Shown one piece after another: positions 44,895 through 53,896 of a stretch of DNA of 64,000 nt. Source of the DNA: an uncultured Chloroflexia bacterium (lineage in GTDB: Bacteria; Chloroflexota; Limnocylindria; Limnocylindrales; CSP1-4). The notes beneath the pieces were generated by a model. The model searched no databases. It was not told where the DNA came from and worked only from the letters and a program-made list of their open reading frames with translations. The translations under genes were made by a program, and so were the position numbers. The DNA is taken from contig CAWHGL010000004.1 of assembly GCA_963828965.1 (NCBI GenBank), positions 140,533 to 204,532 of the forward strand, written 5' to 3'. Every line of letters starts with the position of its first letter. Positions within the stretch are counted from its first letter, which is position 1.

Positions 44895-45825
44895 GCGACG
44901 TCCGGCCGCCGCTCCCCGGCGATGACGCCCGCCCTGGCGGGCTCAGCTGCGACGAGGTCCGCGACCTCGCCGCGTCCTTCGTCCTGGGCGCGCTCGACGC
45001 CGACGAGATGGCCGCGGTGCGCGAGCACCTGGCCGGGTGCGACGACGCGCATGCCGAGATCGCCGAGCTCGGATCGGTGGTGCCGGCGCTCGATGCCAGC
45101 GTGCCGGTCGTCGAGCCGCCGGCCGCACTGAAAGGCCGGCTGATGGCCGCCGCGGCGGCAGATCTCGCGACGCGCTCCGTGGCGGTATCGCCGGCGAGCG
45201 AGGCCGGTGCGGTCGCTCCAGTCGAGGCCGTCGCCACAGCCGAACCCGCCGCGGAGGCGGCTGCGGCCGACGCCAGCGCGCCGACCCCCTTCCCGTCGGC
45301 CGACGAGCGCCAGGCGCGTGCCGCGGACCGCACCCGGACGTCGCGATCGACCTGGGCCCTCCGGATCGCGGCCGTCCTCGCGATCGTCGTGCTCGGTGGC
45401 TGGAACCTCGTCCTCCAGGGGCAGGTCAACGCGTCGAAGACCTACGAGGACAACGTCGCCGCCGTCCTCGATGTCGCCGCCGAGCCTGGGGCCTTGACGG
45501 CGATCCTCCTGCCGCCGGGCGGGAGCGGACCAGTCGGCCTCGCCGCGGTCAGCGCCGGTGGTGACGTGACGATGGCGATGCGCGACCTCGACCCGACCAC
45601 CGGGAGCCAGGTCTACGAGGCCTGGGTCATCGGCAGCGACGGCGTGCCGGTCGCCATCGGCGGCTTCACGGCCGGCTCGCCGGGACCGCATCGTTCACGG
45701 CGTCCGGCCTGCCCACCGAGCCCGGCATGGTGCTGGCCCTGACCCTCGAGCCCGCGCCCGGCGCGACCGCCCCAAGCTCGCCGGTCGTATCGGGCGGCCC
45801 GGCCACGGCGACCGCCGCCGGCTGA
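44891..45825 (+). pseudogene. RskA-type membrane anti-sigma factor, one frame change near the 3' end
   Basis: GTG start overlapping the sigma stop (GTGA). N-terminus is LSCDEVRDLAASFVLGALDADEMAAVREHLAGCDDAHAE and the TM is ALRIAAVLAIVVLGGW. After ...YEAWVIGSDGVPVAIGGFTAG the frame changes (about 45680) into ...ASFTASGLPTEPGMVLALTLEPAPGATAPSSPVVSGG, which is RskA C-terminal-like, with the stop at 45825. Confidence 0.7.
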
Positions 45826-46237
45826 CCGCGGCGCGAGGCGACCAAGCCACCGGCTGATCGGCGCGGGCCAGGTGTCGTCCAGGCACGCCGATCGATCAAC
45901 GGGAGCCAGCCGGGTTCTCTCGCGCTATCGCATCGAATATCGCCCGCACTGGTAACTGGGGCGCTTCGCGGTCGTACCGACCCAGCCTTGGCACGATAGC
46001 CACGCATCGTGAGCGTGCGCAGCGGCGATCCCACGGTTGGCGGCCGCCGATCGTCGTCGTAACGCGCGTCGAACGCGCCGGGATACCAGTCGGGGCGATA
46101 TCGGGCGGGTCAAGGCGTCGGGCTCTCGCGGCCGACCGCGGTCGAAAGGCGGGCGCGAGTCCGGGCCGCAGCCTCCCGCTGTCGAAAGACGCGCCGGAGT
46201 CCTGCCCGGGCTACACGCCACCGACGACCAACGCCGG

Positions 46238-47255
46238 TCAGGCTCCGGTCGTCTCCGCCTCGGCGACGCTGCCGGCGCCCGCCGTCTTGGCCCGCTCGAG
46301 CGTGGCCGTCGCGGCCGCGATCAGGGATTCGGAGTCGCCGCCGTCGATGGGGAAGCGGACCACGCCCGCCGACACCGACACGTTCCGCCCGGCGACCGCG
46401 GGAAGTGCCGCGATGCCGTCCTGGACCCGCCGGGCGACCATCGCGCCGGCTGAGCCCGGGGCCACGAGCACGAACTCGTCGCCGCCGATGCGGCCGACGG
46501 TGTCGACGAGCCGGACCGATTCGGCCAGGACGGCCGCGACCCGGCGCAGGATGTCGTCACCGACCTCGTGGCCGTCGGTCGCGTTGGCCGACCGGAAGTC
46601 GTCGATGTCGAAGAGGGCGAGCGACACCTCCGAGCCCTGCCGCCCGGCACGGGCCAGCTCGAGCTCGAGGATGCGGGCGACCGTCCGCTCGTTGGCGAGT
46701 CCGGTCAGCGGATCGGTGTGGGCCATCCGCTCGAACCACTCGGAGCGCTCCGACGGCGGTCGAGCCGAGTCGCGCCCGGTCGGCGGCCAGCGCGGCGAGC
46801 GACGCGAGGGCGGTGAGTGACCTCGCGCTCGGTGTCGTCGAGCTCGCGCGGGGCCGCCCAGCCGAGACCGATCGACCCGAGCGACACCTCGACACCGCCG
46901 CTGGCGATGAGCAGGGGCAGGTAGGCACCGACGAACTCCTCGCCGGATGCGGTCAACCCGAACCGGTCGAACGCCGTGGCCCGTCCGGTCGCGGCCTCGG
47001 TGAACGGGTGGCTCGGATCCTGACGTCGGCGTCCAGGCGGGCGACGTCGGCCATGCCGGTCGACGCCGCGAGGGTCAGGCCGGGTCGGTCGGGATCCTGG
47101 AGGAAGATGGCCGCCCACGGCGGCGCCCAGACCGGCGGCACCGACGTCGAGGATCGCCTGCAGCGTCGGCATCGAGCTCGGCGCCGGCGCGTCGCGGCGG
47201 CGATGGCGTCGGACAGGCTGGAACGGGGGTCGCGGGACGGACCGTCGCTGGTCAC
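46238..47255 (-). pseudogene. GAF-GGDEF (diguanylate cyclase) gene, heavily frame-disrupted in the GAF half
   Basis: The intact GGDEF half is ORF 46238..46726 (DPLTGLANER...LALFDIDDFRSAN...GRIGGDEFVLV). Upstream GAF-like segments alternate between frames: VTSDGPSRDPRSSLSDAIAAAT / PTLQAILDVGAAGLGAAVGG / AIFLQDPDRPGLTLAASTGMADVARLDADVR / DPSHPFTEAATGRATAFDRFGLTASGEEFVGAYLPLLIASGGVEVSLGSIGLGWAAPRELDDTEREV / LTALASLAALAADRARLGSTAV / ERSEWFERMAHTDPLTG. That is about five frame changes between 47180 and 46765. Confidence 0.7.
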
Positions 47256-47363
47256 GGGTGGACTCCTGCACGCTCTCGGGATTCGGAGCGCGCATCGTAC
47301 ACCGCGGCGGTCGGCCCGAAGCGTGCGTTGACCGGCAGCGACGCGGCACGGATACTCCGCGCG

Positions 47364-47695
47364 ATGAAACTCGTCGTCGCGATCGTCCACAACGAGGACG
47401 CCGGCCGCCCTCGTCGATGCCCTGCTCGAGAAGGAGTTCCGCGCGACCCGTCTGCACAGCTCGGGCGGCTTCCTCAAGCAGTCGAACGCCACGATCCTCC
47501 TGGGCGTCGAGGACGCCGAGGTCGACGAGGTCATGGGCATCGTCCGCGAGACACTGCACGTCGCGCACGCAGGTCGTCAATCCGATGCCGCCGATCATGG
47601 AACCGGGCGAGTTCTTCATGCCCTATCCGCTCGAGGTCGAGGTCGGCGGGGCGACGATCTTCGTCCTCCCGGTCGAGCGGTTCGAGCGGCTGTAG
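47364..47695 (+). pseudogene. darA: Cyclic-di-AMP receptor, PII-like DarA/PstA (YaaQ, DUF970) family, two frame changes
   Basis: Segments read MKLVVAIVHNEDAG / LVDALLEKEFRATRLHSSGGFLKQSNATILLGVEDAEVDEVMGIVRETLHVA / [42 protein letters not shown]. They match the YaaQ/DarA pattern (MKL..AIV...D...L...L....F..T.L.S.GGFL..GN.T...GVE...VD......I...C ... [21 protein letters not shown]). The frame changes are near 47407 and 47570. Confidence 0.75.
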
Positions 47696-47703
47696 CCGAC
47701 GCC

Positions 47704-48132
47704 ATGGCGTGGACGCCGCCCGCGATCGGGGCGCGCGGCACCTGGACCCGGACGTTCAGCGCCGCTGACGTCGAGGCGTACGCGGCCATCACCGGCGACC
47801 ACAACCCGCTCCATTTCGACGCCGACTTCGCGGCACGCGTCCGGCCCGGCGCGCTCATCGTCCACGGCGGGCTGACGACCGGCCTGTTCAACGCGCTGGT
47901 CGCCGAGGTGCTGCCCGGGCCCGGCAGCGTCTTCCTCCACCAGGAGTGGGACTACCCGGCGCCGGCGTACATCGGCGACACGGTCACGGCCGAGGCCGAG
48001 GTCATCGATGCCCGGGCCGACAAGCCCATCACCACCCTGCGCTGCGTCGCCCGGCGCGCCGACGGGACGGAGGTCCTGCGCGGCACGTGCGTCGTCTACA
48101 CCTTCATCCCGGCCGAGCCGGGACCGGCATGA
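47704..48132 (+). CDS. MaoC-like (R)-specific enoyl-CoA hydratase/dehydratase (hot-dog fold)
   Basis: Lies in ORF 47533..48132, from MAWTPPAIGA. Sequence includes FSAADVEAYAAITGDHNPLHFDADFAARVRPGALIVHGGLTTGLF. Confidence 0.8.
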   Translation: MAWTPPAIGARGTWTRTFSAADVEAYAAITGDHNPLHFDADFAARVRPGALIVHGGLTTGLFNALVAEVLPGPGSVFLHQEWDYPAPAYIGDTVTAEAEVIDARADKPITTLRCVARRADGTEVLRGTCVVYTFIPAEPGPA

Positions 48133-49511
48133 CGGCACCGGCCGTCGCGGATCCGACCGTCGTGCCGGCGCTCGGGATCAACCCGCTCGCCGACGAGCCC
48201 GCCCGACGCTGGCGCCAGCTGACCCTCATCTCGATCGGGATCCTGTGCGCGATGTCGCCATCGTTCGCGTCGTCGTCGGTCGCGCCGGTCCTGCGCGAGC
48301 AGTGGGGGATGGACCCGATCGGCGTGTCGTGGCTGCTCGTCGCGATGCTCGTCGGCTTCTCGATCTCGGCCATCGGGCTCGGACTCATCGGCGCGCCGGA
48401 CGTCATCCCCGGGCCGCGGATGTTCGCCCTGGGTGCGCTCGGGGCCGGTATCGCGAACCTGGGCTTCGCGTTCGTCGCGACCGATCTCGCGACGGCGCTC
48501 CCGTTCCGCTTCCTGACTGGGGTGGCGGTCGCTGCGGCCTACCCGGTGGCGATGAAGCTGACCGCGGGCTGGTTCCGTCGCGAGCGCGGCTTCGCGATCG
48601 GGGTGCTGGCCGGCGCGCTGACCCTCGGGACCGCGTCGCCGCTCCTGTTCCGGGCGGTCGGTGCGGCGGCCGGCGTGGACTGGCACGCCGTCATCGCGAC
48701 CGCCAGCGTCGCGTGCTTCGTCGGTGCGGCCGTCGTGTGGTTCGGGGTGCGGACCGGCCCGTTCGATGTCCCGTCGCCGCGGTTCTCCCTGCGCATCGCC
48801 GCTCGCGCGTGGTCGGATCCGGCCGTGCGGCTCGCGAACTTCGGCTACCTCGGGCACATGTGGGAGCTGTTCGCGATGTGGACGTGGGTCCCGCTCTACC
48901 TCGTCGCGAGCTTCACCGCGTCGGGCATGACCGACCCCGCCAGCGCGAGCCTTGCGGCATTCGTCGTGGTCGGCGTCGGGGTGATCGGCTGCATCGGCGC
49001 GGGCGCGATCGCGGATCGCGTCGGGCGGACCACCACGACCATCGTCGCGATGGCCGCGTCCGGGACCTGCGCCGTCCTCGTCGGACTGGCCTTCGGCGCA
49101 CCCGCGCCGCTCGTCATCCTGCTCGGGATCATCTGGGGGATCACGGTCATCGCCGACTCGGCCCAGTTCTCGGCGGCCGTGTCCGAGCTGGCCCCGTCCG
49201 GGACCGCCGGCTCCGCGCTGTCGCTCCAGACCGCGGTCGGGTTCCTCTTCACCGCGATCACGATCGTCATCATCGGCCTGCTCGACCCGACCGACGCCGC
49301 CGGCTGGCGCGTCGCGTTCGGGCTGCTGGCCCTCGGCCCGATCGTCGGGATCATCGCGATGTGGCGGCTGCGCCAGCGGCCGGAGTCGATGGCGCATGGC
49401 CAACGGCCACCGATGACCGGCTGGGTCGACGCCCTCGAACCCGGCGCACCCGACGTGGTGGCCGCCTGGCGCGGCATCGACGACGGCGAGGTGCTCGGCG
49501 CTCCGTCGTGA
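48129..49511 (+). CDS. MFS transporter
   Basis: Lies in ORF 47946..49511, from MTAPAVADP. About 12 TM segments, with motifs such as FRFLTGVAVAAAYPVAMKLTAGWFRRERGFAIG. ATGA overlap with the MaoC stop. Confidence 0.85.
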   Translation: MTAPAVADPTVVPALGINPLADEPARRWRQLTLISIGILCAMSPSFASSSVAPVLREQWGMDPIGVSWLLVAMLVGFSISAIGLGLIGAPDVIPGPRMFALGALGAGIANLGFAFVATDLATALPFRFLTGVAVAAAYPVAMKLTAGWFRRERGFAIGVLAGALTLGTASPLLFRAVGAAAGVDWHAVIATASVACFVGAAVVWFGVRTGPFDVPSPRFSLRIAARAWSDPAVRLANFGYLGHMWELFAMWTWVPLYLVASFTASGMTDPASASLAAFVVVGVGVIGCIGAGAIADRVGRTTTTIVAMAASGTCAVLVGLAFGAPAPLVILLGIIWGITVIADSAQFSAAVSELAPSGTAGSALSLQTAVGFLFTAITIVIIGLLDPTDAAGWRVAFGLLALGPIVGIIAMWRLRQRPESMAHGQRPPMTGWVDALEPGAPDVVAAWRGIDDGEVLGAPS

Positions 49512-49995
49512 GGTCCGCCGGCGGTCCGGACCCGGGTCGGCGCCCGGCCTGACCGCGCAGCTCGCGGTCCTCGCCGACGCCCTCCTGGTGATCGTCGACG
49601 GACTCGACGAGACCGATCTGCGGCGGCCCGGTGGGGAAGAGGACTGGAACGTGGCCCAGGCGCTCGGGCATGCGGCGGACGCCCGGGCCGGCCTGGTCCT
49701 GGCCGCCGCCCGGGCCGCGGCCGGGACCTTCCCGGCGGATGCCCCCGTCGTCGTCCCCGGCATCCCGGGTCCGGCCGACGCCGAGCGCGAGGGCCTGCGG
49801 CGACGGATCGCCCAGAGCCAGCGCATCATCGAGCGGTCCGCGCGGACGGTCGCCGGGCACGAATCGGACCCGTGTCCGCTCGTGCACCCGATCATCGGCC
49901 GGCTCCGTTGCGGCGAGTGGCTGCTGTTCGCCGGCATGCACGACCTCATGCATCTCGAACAAGTCCATCGCCTGACAGGTACGCTGCGGACATGA
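49508..49995 (+). CDS. DinB-family (DinB_2-like) metal-dependent protein; the 5' end is probably frame-shifted
   Basis: ORF 49588..49995 reads IVDGLDETDLRRPGGEEDWNVAQALGHAADA...GEWLLFAGMHDLMHLEQV. The same frame extends upstream (PGLTAQLAVLADALL) without a start. A GTG at 49508 overlaps the MFS stop (GTGA) but is in another frame, which implies an indel between 49510 and 49550. Confidence 0.6.
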
Positions 49996-50528
49996 GTCCC
50001 TTCCGTCCCGATCTCATCGACTGCTGGGTGTACCGCGTCGGGACGACGGCGCGTGGCGTCGAGCGCCCCGAGATCCTGCTCATCCGCCGTTCCCCGGGCC
50101 GCATCCTGGAGGGCCTGTGGCAGTGCGTCTCCGGAACGCTCGAGCCCGATGAGCGGGTCACGGCCGGCGCCCTGCGTGAGCTGCTCGAGGAGACCGGCTT
50201 CGGGCCGGACGACATCGAGGCGTTCTACGACCTTGACCTCGTCAACCAGTTCCACGAGCCGTCGTTCGACGCGATCGTGACGTCGGCCGTCTTCGCCGTC
50301 CGGACGAGGCCCCAGGCCGAGCTGCGGCTGTCGAACGAGCACGACGATGCCCGCTGGCACGACCTCGAGGAAGCCCATCAGCAGGTCATCTGGCCCGGCT
50401 ATCGGACCGCCATCGAACGGATCCGCGACGACCTGTCCGAGCCCGAGCGAGCGGGCTGGTTCGAGCTGACGCTCGAGGGCGCCCGGGCCGGCACGGACCT
50501 CGGATCGCCGAAGCTGACGCGCTGGTAG
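49992..50528 (+). CDS. NUDIX hydrolase
   Basis: Lies in ORF 49872..50528, from MSPFRPDLIDCWVY. The Nudix box is GTLEPDERVTAGALRELLEETGF. ATGA overlap with the DinB stop. Confidence 0.8.
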   Translation: MSPFRPDLIDCWVYRVGTTARGVERPEILLIRRSPGRILEGLWQCVSGTLEPDERVTAGALRELLEETGFGPDDIEAFYDLDLVNQFHEPSFDAIVTSAVFAVRTRPQAELRLSNEHDDARWHDLEEAHQQVIWPGYRTAIERIRDDLSEPERAGWFELTLEGARAGTDLGSPKLTRW

Positions 50529-50563
50529 GCGCTGCTCGTTCTGGGCTCGCGCGACGTCGCTCC

Positions 50564-50588
50564 CGGGTCGCAACCCTTCGGCGACCCG
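50564..50588 (+). terminator. GC-rich hairpin after the NUDIX gene (possible terminator, no U-tract)
   Basis: 8-bp stem, cgggtcgc / gcgacccg, with a 9-nt loop, 36 nt after the stop at 50528. Confidence 0.25.
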
Positions 50589-50648
50589 AGTCGCGGTAGA
50601 CTCGCCGTCAAGAGGCAGCCCATCCGTGAGGCGGCGCAGGAGGGCCAC

Positions 50649-51827
50649 GTGATCGAGCGAACCGAGGCTTCACCGGCGGCGGCGCGCCGGGTCTTCCATT
50701 CCAAGGTCGACACCATCCGGCCGACGTACGGCTTCGAGGACGTCTCGCTCGCGCCCGGCACCGACACGGTCGAGCCGGCCGATGTGGACCTGACCCAGAC
50801 CTTCTGCGGCATCGAGCTGCGCATCCCGATCCTCGCCGCGGCCATGGACGCCGTGGTCGACGTCCGGATGGCCGGCGAGCTCGCCCGCCTCGGCGGTCTC
50901 GCCATCCTCAACCTCGAAGGGGTCCAGGCCCGCTACGACGACCCTGACGACATCCTCGAGCGCATCGCGACGGCGCCGGACGGCGAGGTCCAGTCACTGC
51001 TCGCCGAGGTCTACCAGCAGCCGATCCGCGAAGACCTCATCGCCGCGCGGCTCGAGGCGATCCACGCGGCCGGCTCGAAGGCGGCCGTCGCGGCCACCCC
51101 GGGCGCGGCCCGCCGCTTCGGTCCGTTCTGCGCGGAGCACGGCGCGGATCTCTTCCTCGTCCAGAGCCAGGTCAGCAGCGCCCGACATCTCGCGACCGGC
51201 TACGACCCGTTGTCGCTCGAGGACTTCACCCGCTACATGCCGATCCCGGTCGCGGTCGGAAACACGACGAATGCCGAGGCGGCGTTCCAGCTGATGGAGC
51301 AGGGCGCCGCGGCCGTGTTCGTCGGCGTCGGGCCGGGCGCGGCCTGCACGACCCGCGAGGTCCTCGGCATCGGCGTGCCGCAGGTGACGGCCATCAGCGA
51401 CGTCGCGGCCGCCCGCGATGCCTACTTCAACGAGACCGGTCGCTACGTCCCGGTCGTCGCCGACGGCGGGATGCGCCGTGGTGGCGAGCTGGCCAAGGCC
51501 ATCGCCGCCGGTGCGGACGCGCTCATGATCGGCTCGCCGCTGGCCAAGGCCGAGGAGGCGCCCGGTCGCGGCACGAACTGGGGCATGGCCGCGCCCTCGC
51601 CGACGCTCCCACGGGGGACCCGCATCAAGGTCGGCACGACCGGCTCGCTCCAGCAGATCCTCGACGGGCCGGCCCACGTGACCGACGGCAGCGAGAACCT
51701 CGTCGGCGCATTGCGCCAGTCGATGGCGGCGCTCGGCGCCCGCACGATCCGCGAGATGCAGGCGGTCGAGATGGTCTACGCACCATCGACCCAGACCGAG
51801 GGCAAGTCCTGGCAGCGCGCCCGCTGA
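50649..51827 (+). CDS. GuaB3-type IMP dehydrogenase-family protein (no CBS insert)
   Basis: 392 aa. Sequence includes YGFEDVSLAPGTDTVEPADVDL...IPILAAAMDAVVD...VGVGPGAACTTREVLGIGVPQVTAI...VVADGGMRRGGELAKAIAAGADALMIGSPLA. Confidence 0.85.
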   Translation: MIERTEASPAAARRVFHSKVDTIRPTYGFEDVSLAPGTDTVEPADVDLTQTFCGIELRIPILAAAMDAVVDVRMAGELARLGGLAILNLEGVQARYDDPDDILERIATAPDGEVQSLLAEVYQQPIREDLIAARLEAIHAAGSKAAVAATPGAARRFGPFCAEHGADLFLVQSQVSSARHLATGYDPLSLEDFTRYMPIPVAVGNTTNAEAAFQLMEQGAAAVFVGVGPGAACTTREVLGIGVPQVTAISDVAAARDAYFNETGRYVPVVADGGMRRGGELAKAIAAGADALMIGSPLAKAEEAPGRGTNWGMAAPSPTLPRGTRIKVGTTGSLQQILDGPAHVTDGSENLVGALRQSMAALGARTIREMQAVEMVYAPSTQTEGKSWQRAR

Positions 51828-51853
51828 GGCCCGAAGCGGGCCGGCTGCGGCCG

Positions 51854-52211
51854 ATGGAGCAGGAACTGGTCGCGCTGGGCCGGGTCGCGCATCTCGTGAC
51901 GATCGGCCGGATCAGTGGTCGAGCCGCGCGACGTCGCGGTGGGATATGTCGATGAGCCCGATGGCTCGATCCTCGTGGCGGCCAACGACGCCCATACCGC
52001 GTGGGGGCACAACCTGCTCGCGGATCCGGCCGTCAGCGTCGAGATCGCGGACCGCTGGTTCGAAGCGATCGCCGAGCCGCTCGAGCGGGCGGATCACGGC
52101 CGCGTCGTGCGCGAGCTGATCCTGCGCTACGGCACCTCCTCGGAGGGCCTCGGGAACGGGCCGTCGTTCCGCCTCGTCCCGATCACGGCCGCCGCCGCGG
52201 ACCGCGCATGA
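51854..52211 (+). pseudogene. DUF385/deazaflavin-dependent nitroreductase-family protein, one frame change
   Basis: ATG at 51854 gives MEQELVALGRVAHLVTIGRISG. The frame changes at about 51918 into ORF 51915..52211 (PRDVAVGYVDEPDGSILVAANDAHTAWGHNLLADPAVSVEIADRWFEAIAEPL). Together these match the T.GRKSG.PR...L.Y......V.AS......P.W..NL.A.P.V.V pattern. Confidence 0.6.
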
Positions 52212-52666
52212 GCATCAAGGTCGTCATCGAGACGGACGTCGCCCGGCCGATCGACGACGTCTTCGCCGCCCTCGTGGACCTCGACCAGTGGCCGTCCTGG
52301 CTCATCGCGACCGGCATCATCCAGGTGACCAGGCCGACCGCCGCAGCGCCGTCGGCCGGCGACCGCCTGACGATCGAGCAGCGCGCGGCCGGCCGCGCGA
52401 GCACGGTCCAGGCGACCGTCACGGCGCTCGAGCCACCGACCCGCTTCGTGGTGGCGGGCAAGGACGCGGATGGCATCAAGACCGAGCTGGATGCCGCGCT
52501 CCGGTCCGTCGAGGGCGGGCACACCCGACTGCGCTGGTCGGCGCGCATCGACGTGCCGCTCCGCTTCCGCATCTTCGAATCGATGGTCGCGCCGCAGGTC
52601 CAGCGTGCGGCGGCCCTCGACGTCGAGGCGTTCAAGCGTCGCCTGGAGACGGCGCCCGGCGACTGA
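52208..52666 (+). CDS. SRPBCC (polyketide cyclase/START-like) family protein
   Basis: Lies in ORF 52001..52666, from MSIKVVIETDVARPIDDVFAALVDLDQWPSWL. ATGA overlap with the upstream stop. Confidence 0.7.
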   Translation: MSIKVVIETDVARPIDDVFAALVDLDQWPSWLIATGIIQVTRPTAAAPSAGDRLTIEQRAAGRASTVQATVTALEPPTRFVVAGKDADGIKTELDAALRSVEGGHTRLRWSARIDVPLRFRIFESMVAPQVQRAAALDVEAFKRRLETAPGD

Positions 52667-52784
52667 CATCCGTCCATGCGCCTTGGCGCCCGGCGTCGAT
52701 GCCGGTCGCGCGGGGCCGGGACCATCCTGCCTGCATCGGACCCCGGCACCAGCCGGCGGAACGATGAGGAAGGAGTCAGACGCG

Positions 52785-53024
52785 ATGTTCCACCCGGATC
52801 AGGCCAGCGCCACCACGGCCACCGTGCCCGCGCCCGTCGTGCCCGTCGTGAGTCGCGCCTGCCTCGTCGACGGCTGCCCGTGCAAGGACGCGCGCTTCGT
52901 GTCCCATCGGCGGGCCGCCTTCTTCGCCGACCTCGCCCGGCGCACCGGCGAGACCGCGGATCGGATCATCGCTCCCGATCCCGCCTGGACCTGGACCCCG
53001 CCCACGACTGGAGTCGATGCATGA
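52785..53024 (+). CDS. Small hypothetical protein with a C-x4-C-x-C motif
   Basis: 79 aa, from MFHPDQASATTATVP, within ORF 52470..53024. It is preceded by GGAAGGAG 9 nt upstream. The motif is SRACLVDGCPCKDARF. Confidence 0.5.
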   Translation: MFHPDQASATTATVPAPVVPVVSRACLVDGCPCKDARFVSHRRAAFFADLARRTGETADRIIAPDPAWTWTPPTTGVDA

Positions 53025-53542
53025 CCGCGCCTGACCGCACCTGGGATCCCATCCGCTTCCATCGCGGGACCCGCGGGTTCGCCGCGTTCGTCACGATCAT
53101 CAACGGCCTGGCCGTGCTCGCCTTCGGGACGCTCGTCGCCCCGCAGTCGGACCTCGCCAGCCCGCTCATCGCTTGGCTGACGATCATCGCGATCGCGGCC
53201 GGTCTCGCCCACTTCGTGGCGGTCTACGGGCTCATCCGCGGACGTCGCTGGAGTGGCGCGCTGGTGGCCTACCTCGCGGCCGCGGGCATCGGTGCCTCGG
53301 TGTTCGCGATCCTCATGATCGCCCGAGCCGGTGAGCCGGTCGTCGGCGCGTCAGGTGCCAGCAGCGTCGGCTTCTTCGTCTGGATGATCGGCTCGTGGCT
53401 CGTCGCCACGCGCTTCGCCCTCAAGCCGTTCCGGCCGGTCGCGACCTACCGCCAGACGCGGGTCGTCCGGGTCGCCTCGCCCATCGAGCAGGCCCTCGCT
53501 CCGATGGTCTCCCCGCGGCGGTTCGTGGCCGTCGCCGCCTGA
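53021..53542 (+). CDS. Hypothetical 4-TM membrane protein
   Basis: Lies in ORF 52676..53542, from MTAPDRTWDPIRFH. Four hydrophobic segments (FAAFVTIINGLAVLAFGTLV, LIAWLTIIAIAAGLAHFVAVYGL, ALVAYLAAAGIGASVFAILMI, VGFFVWMIGSWLVA). ATGA overlap with the small ORF. Confidence 0.6.
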   Translation: MTAPDRTWDPIRFHRGTRGFAAFVTIINGLAVLAFGTLVAPQSDLASPLIAWLTIIAIAAGLAHFVAVYGLIRGRRWSGALVAYLAAAGIGASVFAILMIARAGEPVVGASGASSVGFFVWMIGSWLVATRFALKPFRPVATYRQTRVVRVASPIEQALAPMVSPRRFVAVAA

Positions 53543-53896
53543 CCTGCAGCCCGTCCCGGGCCGCCGCACGGCCCCTCGCTCCGCCTCGCGTCTACGTCAT
53601 CCGGCCAGGACCCGCAGAGGACCTTCGCCGGATGTCGTGGCGTCAGGGAGACGCGCATCCTCCGGTCATGGACACGCTCAGCCTGGTGATCCTCGCGATC
53701 GGGTCGCTCGCGCTGCTCGACCTCGCGGCCGCGAACCTGCGTGGCCCCGAGCGCACGACGCGTCGGACCCGCCCCACGCGCGCCCGGCGCTGACCGCGGA
53801 CGCCGGCGAGGCCGGCGCCATCCGCGGCCCGCCGCGGGTGTCCCCGTGACCCCGCGACCCGCGGCCCTGCGCCCGGCAAGTCCGTATGCTCCACCC

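Noticed and set aside
48096-50648. 850-aa minus-strand ORF
   Set aside because: It runs antisense to the MFS transporter, DinB-like and NUDIX genes. It has Arg/Pro/Gly-rich composition and no domain signature.
50529-50648. Possible purine riboswitch upstream of the guaB3-like gene (also considered for 58742-58880 upstream of guaA)
   Set aside because: Neither leader contains the conserved guanine/adenine riboswitch core (the U-rich junctions and loop-loop motifs). Only generic GC hairpins are present.
53668-53793. 41-aa ORF (MDTLSLVILAIGSLALLDLAAANLRGPERTTRRTRPTRARR) in the gap before glbO
   Set aside because: It has a single hydrophobic stretch, no clear ribosome-binding site and an Arg-rich tail typical of off-frame GC-rich sequence. 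That is not enough to call it a gene.
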